Shown: positions 11,589 through 21,996 of the stretch, one piece after another
Numbering within the stretch: position 1 is the first letter of the stretch
Layout: each line of letters starts with the position of its first letter
DNA from: Dictyostelium discoideum
Lineage: Eukaryota
Reading direction: 5' to 3'
Length of the DNA stretch: 64,000 bases
Assembly (NCBI GenBank): GCA_000004695.1
Contig: CM000151.3
Coordinates: 6,112,001 to 6,176,000 of the forward strand
Notes under the pieces: generated by a model
The model's input: the letters and a program-made list of their open reading frames with translations, nothing else
What the model was told of the DNA's origin: nothing
Databases searched by the model: none
Program-made: the position numbers and the translations under genes

Positions 11589-13076
11589 ATGGAGGCATTA
11601 AATAACCCTATGTCAGCACCATTTTTTTCATTTGTGGTTAAAGTAATAGGAATATGGATTATATTTTTTGGAATTTTAAAATTAATTTATGTAGGTATTA
11701 TTAATTATTTATTTTTTATTTATTATTATTTTTAATTAAAATTAATTTTAAAATGAAAATATATATATATATAAATAAATAGATAAAATATAAAGATCAA
11801 ATTGATATAGATGGATTTTTAGAAAGAACAAATTTAAGTGTTCAATTATTTTATATTGGTTTTTCAACGACTAGATTAAATTCAATGATTAAATCAATTT
11901 CGAATGGAAGATATGAAAGATTTTGGTATTATTGGTTTAAAATTGGAAGTTGGGTATCATTATCATTGTTACCACTTTCAATTGGATTATTGATTTATAA
12001 TCTTTTCATTATTTTCATTAAACCTACTGGTATTGAACCAGTTATTAGTCCAATTGTACCGGGTGTTAATGTGAAAGGTTCAGATTCTTGGTATCTAATA
12101 ATTTCAGTATTAATAAGTATGATCATTCATGAATTAGGTCATGCAATTGCATCCTATGTTTCAAAATGTGAAATTAATAGTATAGGTTTCTTCTTTTTAT
12201 TTATAATGCCTGGTGCTTCTGTAAATTTAGATTATGTAAGTAAAATTCATTATTATTTAAATAAAAATAAAAAAATAAAATAAATTAAAAACTAAAACTA
12301 AATAATTAAATAATTAAATAGATTGAATTAGATAAAATTAGTTTATGGCAAAAATTAAGAATTCAGTGTGGTGGTGTTTGGCATAATGTTGTTTTATGTA
12401 TTATTGGTTATTTATTATTATCTTCATCATCATTTTTATTATCACCATTATATAAAATTTCAAATGATAAATTATATATTACTGGTATACCGAATGTAAA
12501 TATTATAATTATTATTATTATTATTAATATTTTATTATTATTATTATTTTAATATATTTATTTTTTTTTTTTAATAGGGATCATTATTAGAAAGAAATTT
12601 AAATATTGGTGATCAAATTTTATCAATTAATGATTGTAAAATTAGTAATAGGAGTGATCTTGTAGAATGTATATATAAAGAATTGGATAAGACTAGATCA
12701 TATTGTATTTCACAAAATACTATAACATGTTTAGAGAATGTTTTTAATAATAATAATAATAATAACACAAATGTAAATTTAAGTAATGCAAATAATAAAA
12801 AAATTAATTTAATAAATCAAATTGATAATGATAAACGATTAAGAGAATGTTTTGGAATTAATGATGCGACAACTTTGGTTGAATGTGTACCTGTTAGTAT
12901 TGATTCCCCATCAGAGTGTGCAAAATCAAAAAAAGAGTGTATCAATTTCAATCAATTCAATTACCATATATTTCATCTTAATTTATTAAGTCAAGATTTT
13001 GATAATGTTGAACAATTATCATTTTTAGGTACTGCTCAACAATTATGGGATTCTTGTAAGTATAATTAAATTAAAC

Positions 13077-13111
<35 letters not shown>

Positions 13112-13435
13112 TATCTTAATATAATTTATTCATTAATTTATTATTTTTATAAAAAAAAAAAAAAAAAAGTTATTGTTAATAATTATCAAAGTAGATTTGT
13201 ATTTTTAAATGGTTGGGATTTACCATGGTATTTTAATCAATTCTTTAGTTATTTAATACCCGTTTCAGCTGGTTTAGCTGCATTTAATGCAATTGCGATA
13301 CCAAATATGGATGGTGAACATATTTTGGAAACAATATTATCAATTATATTTTTAAAGTTTGGTGGTAGTGCTTGTGGTAATGATAAAAAGAATTCACCAA
13401 ATAATAAAATTAATAAGACAAAAATTAATAATACC

Positions 13436-13503
<68 letters not shown>

Positions 13504-13651
13504 GGAATCATCATCGTCATCAGTTTTATCAAAAAAAGAAAAAAGAGAAAGATTAAAATTAATTATTTCAAAAGTTATTAAAGTTTCAACGATTCTATTG
13601 TTTGGTTTAACAGTTATTTTATCATTTTATAATTTAAAATATCAAAGATAA
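11589..13651 (+). CDS. Site-2 protease (MBTPS2-like M50 intramembrane metalloprotease). 5 exons: join(11589..11690,11783..12235,12322..12495,12578..13055,13170..13651), 562 aa
   Basis: HELGH zinc-binding motif in a hydrophobic segment. A PDZ-like insert follows. The second motif is NMDGEH (LDG-type) in a C-terminal TM region. Donors are GTAGGT/GTAAGT/GTAAAT. The acceptor of the last intron is placed by frame requirement and is less certain. Confidence 0.75.
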
Positions 13652-14075
13652 ATAAAAACAATTGTTCATAATTTCTTTTCTTTTATTTTATTTTTTATTT
13701 TCTGAAGTTCTAATTATCTTTTATTTATTTAAATTGGTTAAAATATTAAATTCATATTTAAATCTGCTTGTGGAGAATATTAATTATTTAAAATTAAATA
13801 AATGAAAAGAATCTAATTAATTAATTTTAATTTTTAAAAACTTTAAAAAAATTAAATTGTTGAGGCGATTAAATAAACAATGATGTTCGAATTTATTATT
13901 AGCAAAGTGTAAAAAAAAAAAAAAATATTATTATTTTTTTATAAAAGATTATAAAATCATTATCTTGTACTTGTTGATATCATACTCTTTGATCATAAAT
14001 TTATTTTAATATTGTATGTCAACATATTAATTTTACAAATATAATCTCTTGTTCCTAAGAATTAAGTAGTGGGGT

Positions 14076-14155
<80 letters not shown>

Positions 14156-14263
14156 TATAAATAGATTTTTTTTTTTTGTAATTAAATCAATTATAAAATC
14201 AATTATTATTTAAATCTAAAAACAAAGAAAAATAAACTATATATATATATATATATATAAAAA

Positions 14264-14516
14264 TGTTATTCAGTAAGTGTCTAAAAAAAAAAAAAAAAAA
14301 AAAAATATAATAATTATAAAAAACAAAATTCTAATCATTATTTTTTTTTTTTTTATAGAATCAGTTATTTCCTTATCAAATAAATCATTAAATGTCACAT
14401 CTAGATCATTAGTTTCAAATGATTCTAATTTAAATACTTTAAATTTAACTTGTGATTCTGTTTCAAGTGTAACTTCAACAACTTTCTTTACAAGACCAAA
14501 CTTTATAAACTATTAA
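14264..14516 (+). CDS. Candidate micro-gene: 57-aa Ser/Asn/Thr-rich peptide MLFKSVISLSNKSLNVTSRSLVSNDSNLNTLNLTCDSVSSVTSTTFFTRPNFINY. 2 exons: join(14264..14273,14359..14516)
   Basis: TATAAATAGA at 14157, then ATGTTATTCA|GTAAGT, an 85-nt poly-T intron, ATAG acceptor and exon 2. A paralogous exon 2 lies at 50439..50596 on the minus strand. Confidence 0.3.
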
Positions 14517-15228
14517 AAAAAAGTAAAAAAAAAATTATATAATTGAAATAAAAAAAAATATAAAGGGCCGACCAAAAATTAAAAATAAAAAAAAAAATTG
14601 TATTTTATGTAATTTTAATCAGTCAAAGGATTGTTTCACATCTTTAATAGTATTTAATTTTTGAACTTTTCAAAATAATTTTATTTTTAATTTATTATAA
14701 TATGATAAAAGTTATTAAATCTCAGTACTAAACCATGGTAAGATTGAATTGATTTTTATTAATTTCTTTAATTTTTTTGAAAATATTCGTACGAGCTATT
14801 TTTTCAAAAAATGTAAAAATAGCGAACGAATAGCAACATTAATTATAGAATCATTATTATAAGTTTTTGTCCGAAGATCGATTTCCATATACAGTAACAA
14901 TCTATAACCGAAGTCAGTTATTCAGAATAACAAATTACCTTTAAATCCTTCCCAGGTTTCTTAGAATAATAATTCAGTATAAAAAGCCAAAATAAAATAA
15001 ATAAAAATCATTATTGTTTAAATCATAGTTAGTGTAAAGATATAATATTATTTAGTGTTAAAATATAAATATAAATATAAATAAAATTAATAAAGAATTA
15101 ATAATATTATTACTACTCATATTTGTGTGTAATTACAATAGTAATTAAGGGTTCACACATATGTCTTTATTTAGTATTGTTATTTTGGTAAATATAGGCA
15201 ATACAGTTTATTTCAAAAATATCGATTA

Positions 15229-15302
15229 GTTCGGATGGTGTAGTCGGTTATCACGAATCCTTAACACGGATTAGGTCGTGGGTTCGATTCCCGCTCTGAA
15301 TA
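15229..15302 (+). tRNA. tRNA-Val(AAC): tRNA-Val (anticodon AAC)
   Basis: Cloverleaf reads GTTCGGA TG GTGT AGTCGGTTATC ACG AATCC TTAACAC GGATT AGGTC GTGGG TTCGATT CCCGC TCTGAAT A. D-loop and anticodon loop are near-identical to eukaryotic tRNA-Val(AAC). The T-loop B box is GGTTCGATTCC. Confidence 0.9.
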
Positions 15303-15369
15303 CAAACTAATGCTTTTATAAAAAAAAATTCTCAATTTGAGTGTGTTCGAGTAAAAAAGAAAAAATGAA

Positions 15370-15715
15370 TTTTTTCGATAAACTTAAAGGGATGGGATCT
15401 CAATTCACTAGATATTAGCAAAACAAATAAAAAAGAAAGAATCTACCCAAATTTAATCGGCATAATTATACATCAACTATGGAGAATAATTTGTCACAAA
15501 CTATTCAATCAAGACGAATCTAAAACTCCACCCTCATTTGATCCAACATTAATTGAAAAAGAACTAACCAACTTAATTAAAATAGAGAAATTCATTTTAA
15601 TAAAGAAGATTGAAAGGAATGAAACAATATACAAATTAAATAACAGAGACCAATTAATAATCAACTTCAACACATCATGGCATAACCCGAACACTCCAAA
15701 CCCAATTCCACTATA

Positions 15716-15753
<38 letters not shown>
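15370..15753 (+). mobile_element. TRE3-type non-LTR retrotransposon, 5'-truncated 3' fragment (ORF2 C-terminal tail plus a 37-nt poly(A))
   Basis: Translation (...ERIYPNLIGIIIHQLWRIICHKLFNQDESK...NPNTPNPIPL*) is ~60% identical to the C-terminal tails of the elements at 19497-19652 and 20676-20993. It sits directly downstream of tRNA-Val. Confidence 0.6.
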
Positions 15754-15755
<2 letters not shown>

Positions 15756-18700
15756 AAGTAGTAGTAATCATAATATAACCAAAAATATCAACATATAACA
15801 ATATAAAAATTTAAAAATTTAAAAATCTAAAAATTTAAAAATGTAATAAAATATAACAATACACCGCTTTTAGGTAAAAAAAAAAAAAAAATAAACTTAA
15901 AGGTGAACTCAACTTAGGCGAAGAAGAGTTAATAAAAAAACTATTCAAATAAGGTTATTCTACCCACATACCTTGGAATTAAATAGTAATTAAACAAAAT
16001 TAATAGATAATTTCATAGTTAATGGTACTCTTAACATTGTCAGAAGACAAAAGGGTATAACAGTATTCGGTAGAATACTAAAAGAAAAATTCACATTATT
16101 ACACGAGTGTTACAGCACTTTCAAGTATGAAGATTTCCCACTGCAAAAATTCATACTTTACACCCCAGGATATCACTATGTCCACTTTTACACATTTACA
16201 AAAAACATAATAAAAAAAATAAACAATCAAATGGTAAAAGAAAACTGGGGATTGGAGCCATTACTAATAGATGAATGCAACATAGTAATGCTACCAGATG
16301 TGATTAGATATTCATGCATACTATAATTTAATAAAGAAGATGATATCTCAATCATTAAAACAAACATTGATGCTATAAAAGGTAGTAAGCATCCAATAAG
16401 AGCCTTCATCTCTGAATATAACAATAAAGAAATAAGAGATGTTAGAAAAAAAAAAAACACAAGTAATAAAAACCAACAACCAACAACTACAAATACAACT
16501 AAATCAATACCATCAACTCCACCAACAACTAATGCATCAACAACCACACCAATAACAACCACACCAATAACAACCACACAAACAACAACCACACCAACAA
16601 CAACCACACATCAATTACCAACAAGCAATACAACAATCTACAACCTAAACAAAACTACTACTACTACTACTACTACTACAAAACCTATCAATAAAATTAC
16701 TACAAGCAATGGTACCAAGTTTCCAATTGCCAGTAGTATTAGAAAATAATGGAACAATTAAAATTATTACTATGGAACTGCAGAGGTAATCAATCAACCA
16801 ACGCTAAGAATAAAACAGAAGAAACGATAAAAAGAATTGGCACTCAATTAGCACTCCTAACTGAAACTAATTTCAATGGATTCAACCACCACAAAACAAT
16901 GTTCAACTTTGAAAGAATAGATCATGGTTCAGGTAAAGGAACTGGCATAGCAATAGAAAATAGAGATACAAGAAAAGGCCACATATCAATAAACTTCAAA
17001 GACGATGATGGTAGAATACTATCAATTAAATACAATTCCTTTAATTCTATCAACATATTATTGATCTATGCTCCAGCGACTATATCTGAAAGAAACACCT
17101 TCATAATCAACTCAAAATCACTGTTTAAAAAATATAATTCAATCAACCATCAAATAATAGCAGGCGACTTCAATAACAACCACGATTGCAACAGCTTCTT
17201 CGGTACTGAATTACGTAAAATAATAGACCAAGACATGCTACTAGATACTGGTATTGAAGAAAACACTCCAACATTTCCAAGATCAATGAAGAGACTAGAT
17301 AGAATCTACTGTCATCCAACACTACTAAACCAAAATTCAAAACTGGTAGTCCACAACACAGTATTTAACAAATCAGATCACTTTCCCATCACAATCACAA
17401 TACAAACCAACAGAGAAACAGCAACAACAACAACAACCAAACTAGAAAGACTCCCTTGGACATTATGTAAAGAAATTCTCAACAACAAACATATACATGA
17501 TGGGTTATCAGAATTAATCAGTAAGAACAAAGATAAGATCAAATCAGTGGAGGAATGGACGAAATTTAAAAATAATGTCATCAGAGATTATTTAAAAAAA
17601 GAACAAAACAAAATAAAGAAAGAAAAGAACAAAAGAAAATACGTAATCCACAAATTACTTGGAAATAGTGATATCATTCCAAAGATGAGAAAAGAACTCA
17701 ATGAAGAAATAAGTAGAATATTAGAAGAAGAAAGAAAGGTAAAAGCATGGGATATCAAATTAAAACTCCACCTGCATCAAGAAACACCAAGCAAATACCT
17801 CACAAGTATCCTTAAATCCAGAGCCAAAGATAAATCAATATTCCAAATAAAAGATAAAGATAATAAGACCATATCAGATAAAGAGAACATAGCAAAAAGA
17901 TTTGTTGAATTCTATCAAGATCAATATGAAGAGAAAGAAGATAACGAAGAAACCCACAAGAAGTTATTAGAAAAATGGGAAGTAGACGTTGATTTAATCA
18001 AGAAACTCGAGATAGACAGACCGATAAGAATACATGAAGTGACCAAAGCAATCAAAACTTCAAGTATCCACAAATCTCCAGGTTTAGACGGTATCAATGC
18101 ACTATTCTACAAGTACCACATCAACTCAATAGCAAGAATATTGACTATAGCTTTCAACGACCTCCTCACAAATAAGAAAGAAATCCCCACAAAATTCAAA
18201 GAAGGAGTAATAACAACAATATTCAAAAAAGGAGATGAACTAAACATTTCAAATAGAAGACCAATCACCCTTCTCAATACAGATTACAAAATTTTAAGCA
18301 AAATTCTCAACAGTAGATTATTAGATATCACCAGTAAAATTATCAACAAATTTCAAAACGGCTTTGTTCCAAACAGGTTCATCCAAGACAATATTCAGAT
18401 CATGAAGGAAGTAATAGAAATAAGTAACAAAAGAAAGAACAATACACTCATTACCTTTTACGATTTTAACAAAGCATTCGATTCAATCAGCCACAAGAGT
18501 ATCACAAGAACATTAGAGCATATTGGTATCCCCCCAAAATTCACAGCGATCCTACTAAACCTACTCAAAGATACTAAAAACAAAATAAAGATCAACGAAT
18601 TTTTAGTCAATGGAATAACAATCAGAAGAGGAACAAAACAAGGAGACCCAATATCACCAACAATCTTTGCTCTAGTTTTAGAACCACTTCTAATATATAT

Positions 18701-19658
18701 CATCAATGATAATACAATCAAAGGCTTCACTTTACCAAATTCCAAATCATTAAAACTCACTGCATTTGCTGACGACATAGCAACATTTACAAACTCCACT
18801 GAAGAACTAATGAAAATTAATACTAAAATCCAAAAGTACTGCTCAGCAACATCATCATCGTTAAACAAAGAGAAAACAGTAATGATAGCAATAGGAGATA
18901 AACCACACGATCTACCATTCCAAGAGAGTACAGTCCCAGAAAGATATCTTGGCCTCAATTTCACCAAAACAGGTTTAAATTCAAAATACAACACTTTAAT
19001 CCAAGAAATGAAAAACAATCTAATCAAATGGAAATCACAAGCAATAACGATGAAGGCAAAGATGACAATTCTCAAAACATACGTTCTATCCAAATTAACA
19101 TACCATCAATACATGGATAATCTAAATGAAGAACAAATTGAGGAAATCAATAACATGACCAGATGGTTCTTATTCTCCTCAGTTAAGAATACATATACAG
19201 AAGAGAGAAAATACAAAACTATGATGAAAATAGACAGAGCATATGCAGATTGGAAAGAAGGAGGCATAAAATTATGGGATATAGAACTAAGACATATAGC
19301 ATTCAAAATCTGGTACATGAACAGGCTACTCCATAACAACTACAACAACAACAACAATACCTTACAAGAATGGTACATGGAGCAATTAAGTAGAAAAAAA
19401 GCCCCCACTTCAACCCTCAACGATATGTACAGACACTGGGGTGTATTCAGAGTCAAATTTTACCAAAACCATCCAAAGATAAATGAACATAGAAACAGAA
19501 TTACTAAATCTCATCGAAACTGAAAAATTCATCACACTAAAGAAAATCAAACACGACGAAGCAATACTAAAAAACACCAATCAAGATCTTCACAAATACA
19601 AATTCAACAAAGCCTGGCAAACCCCAGCAGCTCCGAACCCTCTTCCAATTTAAGTAGT

Positions 19659-19709
<51 letters not shown>

Positions 19710-19825
19710 GTTTAAAAAATTTAATACAATTGAATAATAAAAATAAAACCGTTTAACAAACACCGCCGAAAAGACACAAGGACATTCCTTGAAGGTCTGA
19801 TCACAGGTAAAAAAAAAAAAAAAAA
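15754..19825 (+). mobile_element. TRE3-type (tRNA-gene-targeted, downstream-inserting) non-LTR retrotransposon. ORF1 is degenerate; ORF2 (APE endonuclease plus reverse transcriptase) is intact but the zinc-finger region is internally deleted. Ends in a 3' tail and oligo(A)
   Basis: ORF2 is 16749..19523 (924 aa): N-terminal APE-like LLLWNCRGN...SDHFPI, RT motifs FVPNRFIQDNI, ITFYDFNKAFDSI, KQGDPISPTIFALVLEPL, FADDIATF. There is an internal poly(A) at 19664-19700 followed by a conserved 110-nt tail (tataatatagtttaaaaaatttaatac...ggtctgatcacagg) and A17. Confidence 0.75.
16749..19523 (+). CDS. Retrotransposon ORF2 polyprotein (APE endonuclease plus reverse transcriptase)
   Basis: See the mobile-element entry. 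Its ATG overlaps the ORF1 stop (TAATGG). Confidence 0.8.
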   Translation: MEQLKLLLWNCRGNQSTNAKNKTEETIKRIGTQLALLTETNFNGFNHHKTMFNFERIDHGSGKGTGIAIENRDTRKGHISINFKDDDGRILSIKYNSFNSINILLIYAPATISERNTFIINSKSLFKKYNSINHQIIAGDFNNNHDCNSFFGTELRKIIDQDMLLDTGIEENTPTFPRSMKRLDRIYCHPTLLNQNSKLVVHNTVFNKSDHFPITITIQTNRETATTTTTKLERLPWTLCKEILNNKHIHDGLSELISKNKDKIKSVEEWTKFKNNVIRDYLKKEQNKIKKEKNKRKYVIHKLLGNSDIIPKMRKELNEEISRILEEERKVKAWDIKLKLHLHQETPSKYLTSILKSRAKDKSIFQIKDKDNKTISDKENIAKRFVEFYQDQYEEKEDNEETHKKLLEKWEVDVDLIKKLEIDRPIRIHEVTKAIKTSSIHKSPGLDGINALFYKYHINSIARILTIAFNDLLTNKKEIPTKFKEGVITTIFKKGDELNISNRRPITLLNTDYKILSKILNSRLLDITSKIINKFQNGFVPNRFIQDNIQIMKEVIEISNKRKNNTLITFYDFNKAFDSISHKSITRTLEHIGIPPKFTAILLNLLKDTKNKIKINEFLVNGITIRRGTKQGDPISPTIFALVLEPLLIYIINDNTIKGFTLPNSKSLKLTAFADDIATFTNSTEELMKINTKIQKYCSATSSSLNKEKTVMIAIGDKPHDLPFQESTVPERYLGLNFTKTGLNSKYNTLIQEMKNNLIKWKSQAITMKAKMTILKTYVLSKLTYHQYMDNLNEEQIEEINNMTRWFLFSSVKNTYTEERKYKTMMKIDRAYADWKEGGIKLWDIELRHIAFKIWYMNRLLHNNYNNNNNTLQEWYMEQLSRKKAPTSTLNDMYRHWGVFRVKFYQNHPKINEHRNRITKSHRN

Positions 19826-19847
19826 GAGTGTGTTCGAGTTTATTTGT

Positions 19848-19886
<39 letters not shown>

Positions 19887-20327
19887 AGTAGTTGGTGTAA
19901 AAAGCCTTAAATAAGGCTAAAAATTTTAGAATTGTAATGATTCACCATATTAAAACTAATATGGATTTATGTATTGACATAATTAATATGGAAATCATAA
20001 GAACCATAATATAATTCAGTTACTAGTCATAACCAACTTAAAAGGTTTGCCGTTAACAATAAATAATATTAAATAATAACTGACTTTAGAAGGCTAATCC
20101 TGTTACTCAAAATATTAATATAAATACTCTAAAAATATTAAATAAAAATCATTGTCTTTTCTTTACTATCTTAAATATACAAATAAACTATTAATCTCTT
20201 ATTTGTTTATCTTATCATTGTAATTATATATTAATTTTAATAAACCATTTTTTTTTTTTTTTTTTTTTTTTGAATTGGATTTTAATAAACCACTTCAGCT
20301 GATTTAAATTAGTATCCATAGAAATCG

Positions 20328-20399
20328 TCCTTGTTGGTCTAGTGGTGAGGATTTTCGCCTGTCACGCGAAAGGCCCGGGTTCAATTCCCGGACAGGGAG
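20328..20399 (+). tRNA. tRNA-Asp(GTC): tRNA-Asp (anticodon GTC)
   Basis: TCCTTGTTGGTCTAGTGGTGAGGATTTTCGCCTGTCACGCGAAAGGCCCGGGTTCAATTCCCGGACAGGGAG. Near-identical to the canonical eukaryotic tRNA-Asp(GUC). Followed by a C and a T6 Pol III terminator. Confidence 0.9.
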
Positions 20400-20452
20400 C
20401 TTTTTTGGAAGATTTCAAAATTCCTTGTTAAATTTTATATTAACCAATTCCG

Positions 20453-20998
20453 CAGCATTTCTCACCAAAAAGGTAGAAACACCCTCTTCAGATTCTTCTC
20501 AAGATCACTTCCAGGTATCAACCACGAAAGAGACACCAGATGCAAGATCTGTGGCCACCTATTCAGAGACCCTTATTCTCACCTCTTCACTCTATGCCAA
20601 GATATCCTAGATATTGAAAAAACCATCATATCAACAGTTAACAAATTATCATTCATCAAAATCCACAGATGGTCAATGGATACCTTAGACATATCAAAAT
20701 ACAACAGAACTGAGAGAATCTTCCCCAATCTCATAGGAATAATAGCACACCAATTATGGAAGATAATCTGTCACAAATTGTTCAACACTGATGAAAGCAA
20801 ACCAGAGCCAAAATTCGAACAAAAGGTCATAGAAACAGAATTACTAAATCTCATCGAAACTGAAAAATTCATCACACTAAAGAAAATCAAACACGACGAA
20901 GCAATACTAAAAAATACAAATCAAGATCTTCACAAATACAAATTCAACAAAGCCTGGCAAACCCCAGCAGCTCCGAACCCTCTTCCAATTTAAGTAGT

Positions 20999-21047
<49 letters not shown>

Positions 21048-21160
21048 GTTTAAAAAATTTAATACAATTGAATAATAAAAATAAAACCGTTTAACAAACA
21101 CCGCCGAAAAGACACAAGGACATTCCTTGAAGGTCTGATCACAGGTAAAAAAAAAAAAAA
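20453..21160 (+). mobile_element. TRE3-type 5'-truncated copy (same family as 15754..19825): zinc-finger/C-terminal part of ORF2, internal poly(A), 3' tail, oligo(A). Flanked by a 14-bp TSD
   Basis: CKICGHLFRDPYSHLFTLC zinc knuckle, then the ...NKAWQTPAAPNPLPI* tail. The 3' tail is identical to 19700-19808. The direct repeat attaaccaattccg occurs at 20439-20452 and 21161-21174. Confidence 0.7.
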
Positions 21161-21171
21161 ATTAACCAATT

Positions 21172-21964
21172 CCGATTAATCATCTACACAACAAAGTTTG
21201 CCCCATTTGCAACAATGAAATGAATAATGATCCCTACGGTCATTTGTTTTTCAATTGTCAGCACACAATCAACTTCATTAACCACGACAAATTAAAATAT
21301 TTTATATATAAAAATTGCAATGGAAACAAAAACTGGTCACTAACAAAAAACCAAACAACAAAATTATACACACTCATCTATAAACCACAAACAAACAACA
21401 AAGCATTTAAACCAGATCCAACTATCAATATTAATTTTCATTTTGCAGAAAACGCACAATATAAAAAATACAGGTTCAACTGGAATTATATAAACACAAA
21501 TCTTGATCTAGTCAGAACACATGCATATTGGAACATAATCTCATTAGTTATTCACCAAATATGGATATGGTTATGCAAATCATTATTTGACATCAATATA
21601 ACTCAATCAATTGTTAATTGGAACAACCAAATTAACAACACAACACTAGATTATGATATATTAAAATCAAAATGGCACAAGCTAATAAGATTGGAATATT
21701 CAAGAACTTTATCAAACTTTAACCAATACTCAATTAAAAACAACCTCACAAAAACTCAAAAAGAAACCCAATGGTCCGAAACCATCAAAAAATTTAAAAA
21801 AGAATGGAGCATAAACACTAATGAACCAATTCCAACAATTACACCACCAATTAATTATTAATTACCTAATCTAAAATAACATACCATTTTAAATTCACAA
21901 AAACTAAAAAACCTAAAATAAATAAATAAAAATAACATACTAATTGTATACTACAATAGTTTAT

Positions 21965-21996
<32 letters not shown>
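21172..21996 (+). mobile_element. Second-family TRE-type non-LTR element, 5'-truncated 3' fragment with an intact C-terminal ORF segment (21220..21861) and a 28-nt poly(A)
   Basis: ~97% identical to 25780-26580 of the longer copy, where the corresponding frame carries a TAG at 25852. Confidence 0.65.

Larger units (their letters stand above)
13850..15302. repeat. Inverted segmental duplication, copy 1 (partner 50014..51085): B-box-like motif, conserved ~150-bp element, TATA box, micro-gene, GGGCCGACC motif, then tRNA-Val
   Basis: 13945-14085 is ~80% identical to the reverse complement of 50845-50990. TATAAATAGA plus an oligo-T and ...TTCA|GTAAGT exon/intron are conserved (14157-14280 vs rc 50685-50800). 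Exon 2 is 89% identical. TATAAAGGGCCGACCA is in both. The tRNA plus 12 bp of 5' flank is identical. Confidence 0.65.

Noticed and set aside
13359-13556. ORFs overlapping the site-2 protease last exon
   Set aside because: Alternative frames through the (AAT)n poly-Asn tract of the real exon.
14790-15215. Possible TRE5-type insertion upstream of the plus-strand tRNA-Val
   Set aside because: The extra ~400 bp relative to copy 2 ends 14 bp from the tRNA, not at the ~48 bp characteristic of TRE5. It has no ORF, A-module-like repeat or poly(A), so it is treated as plain divergence or an indel.
17378-19339. Minus-strand ORFs of 67-211 aa
   Set aside because: Antisense to retrotransposon ORF2. Hydrophobic junk with no motifs.
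20425-20610. 61-aa ORF just downstream of tRNA-Asp
   Set aside because: An out-of-frame reading inside the truncated TRE copy. The real frame encodes the zinc-finger segment of ORF2.
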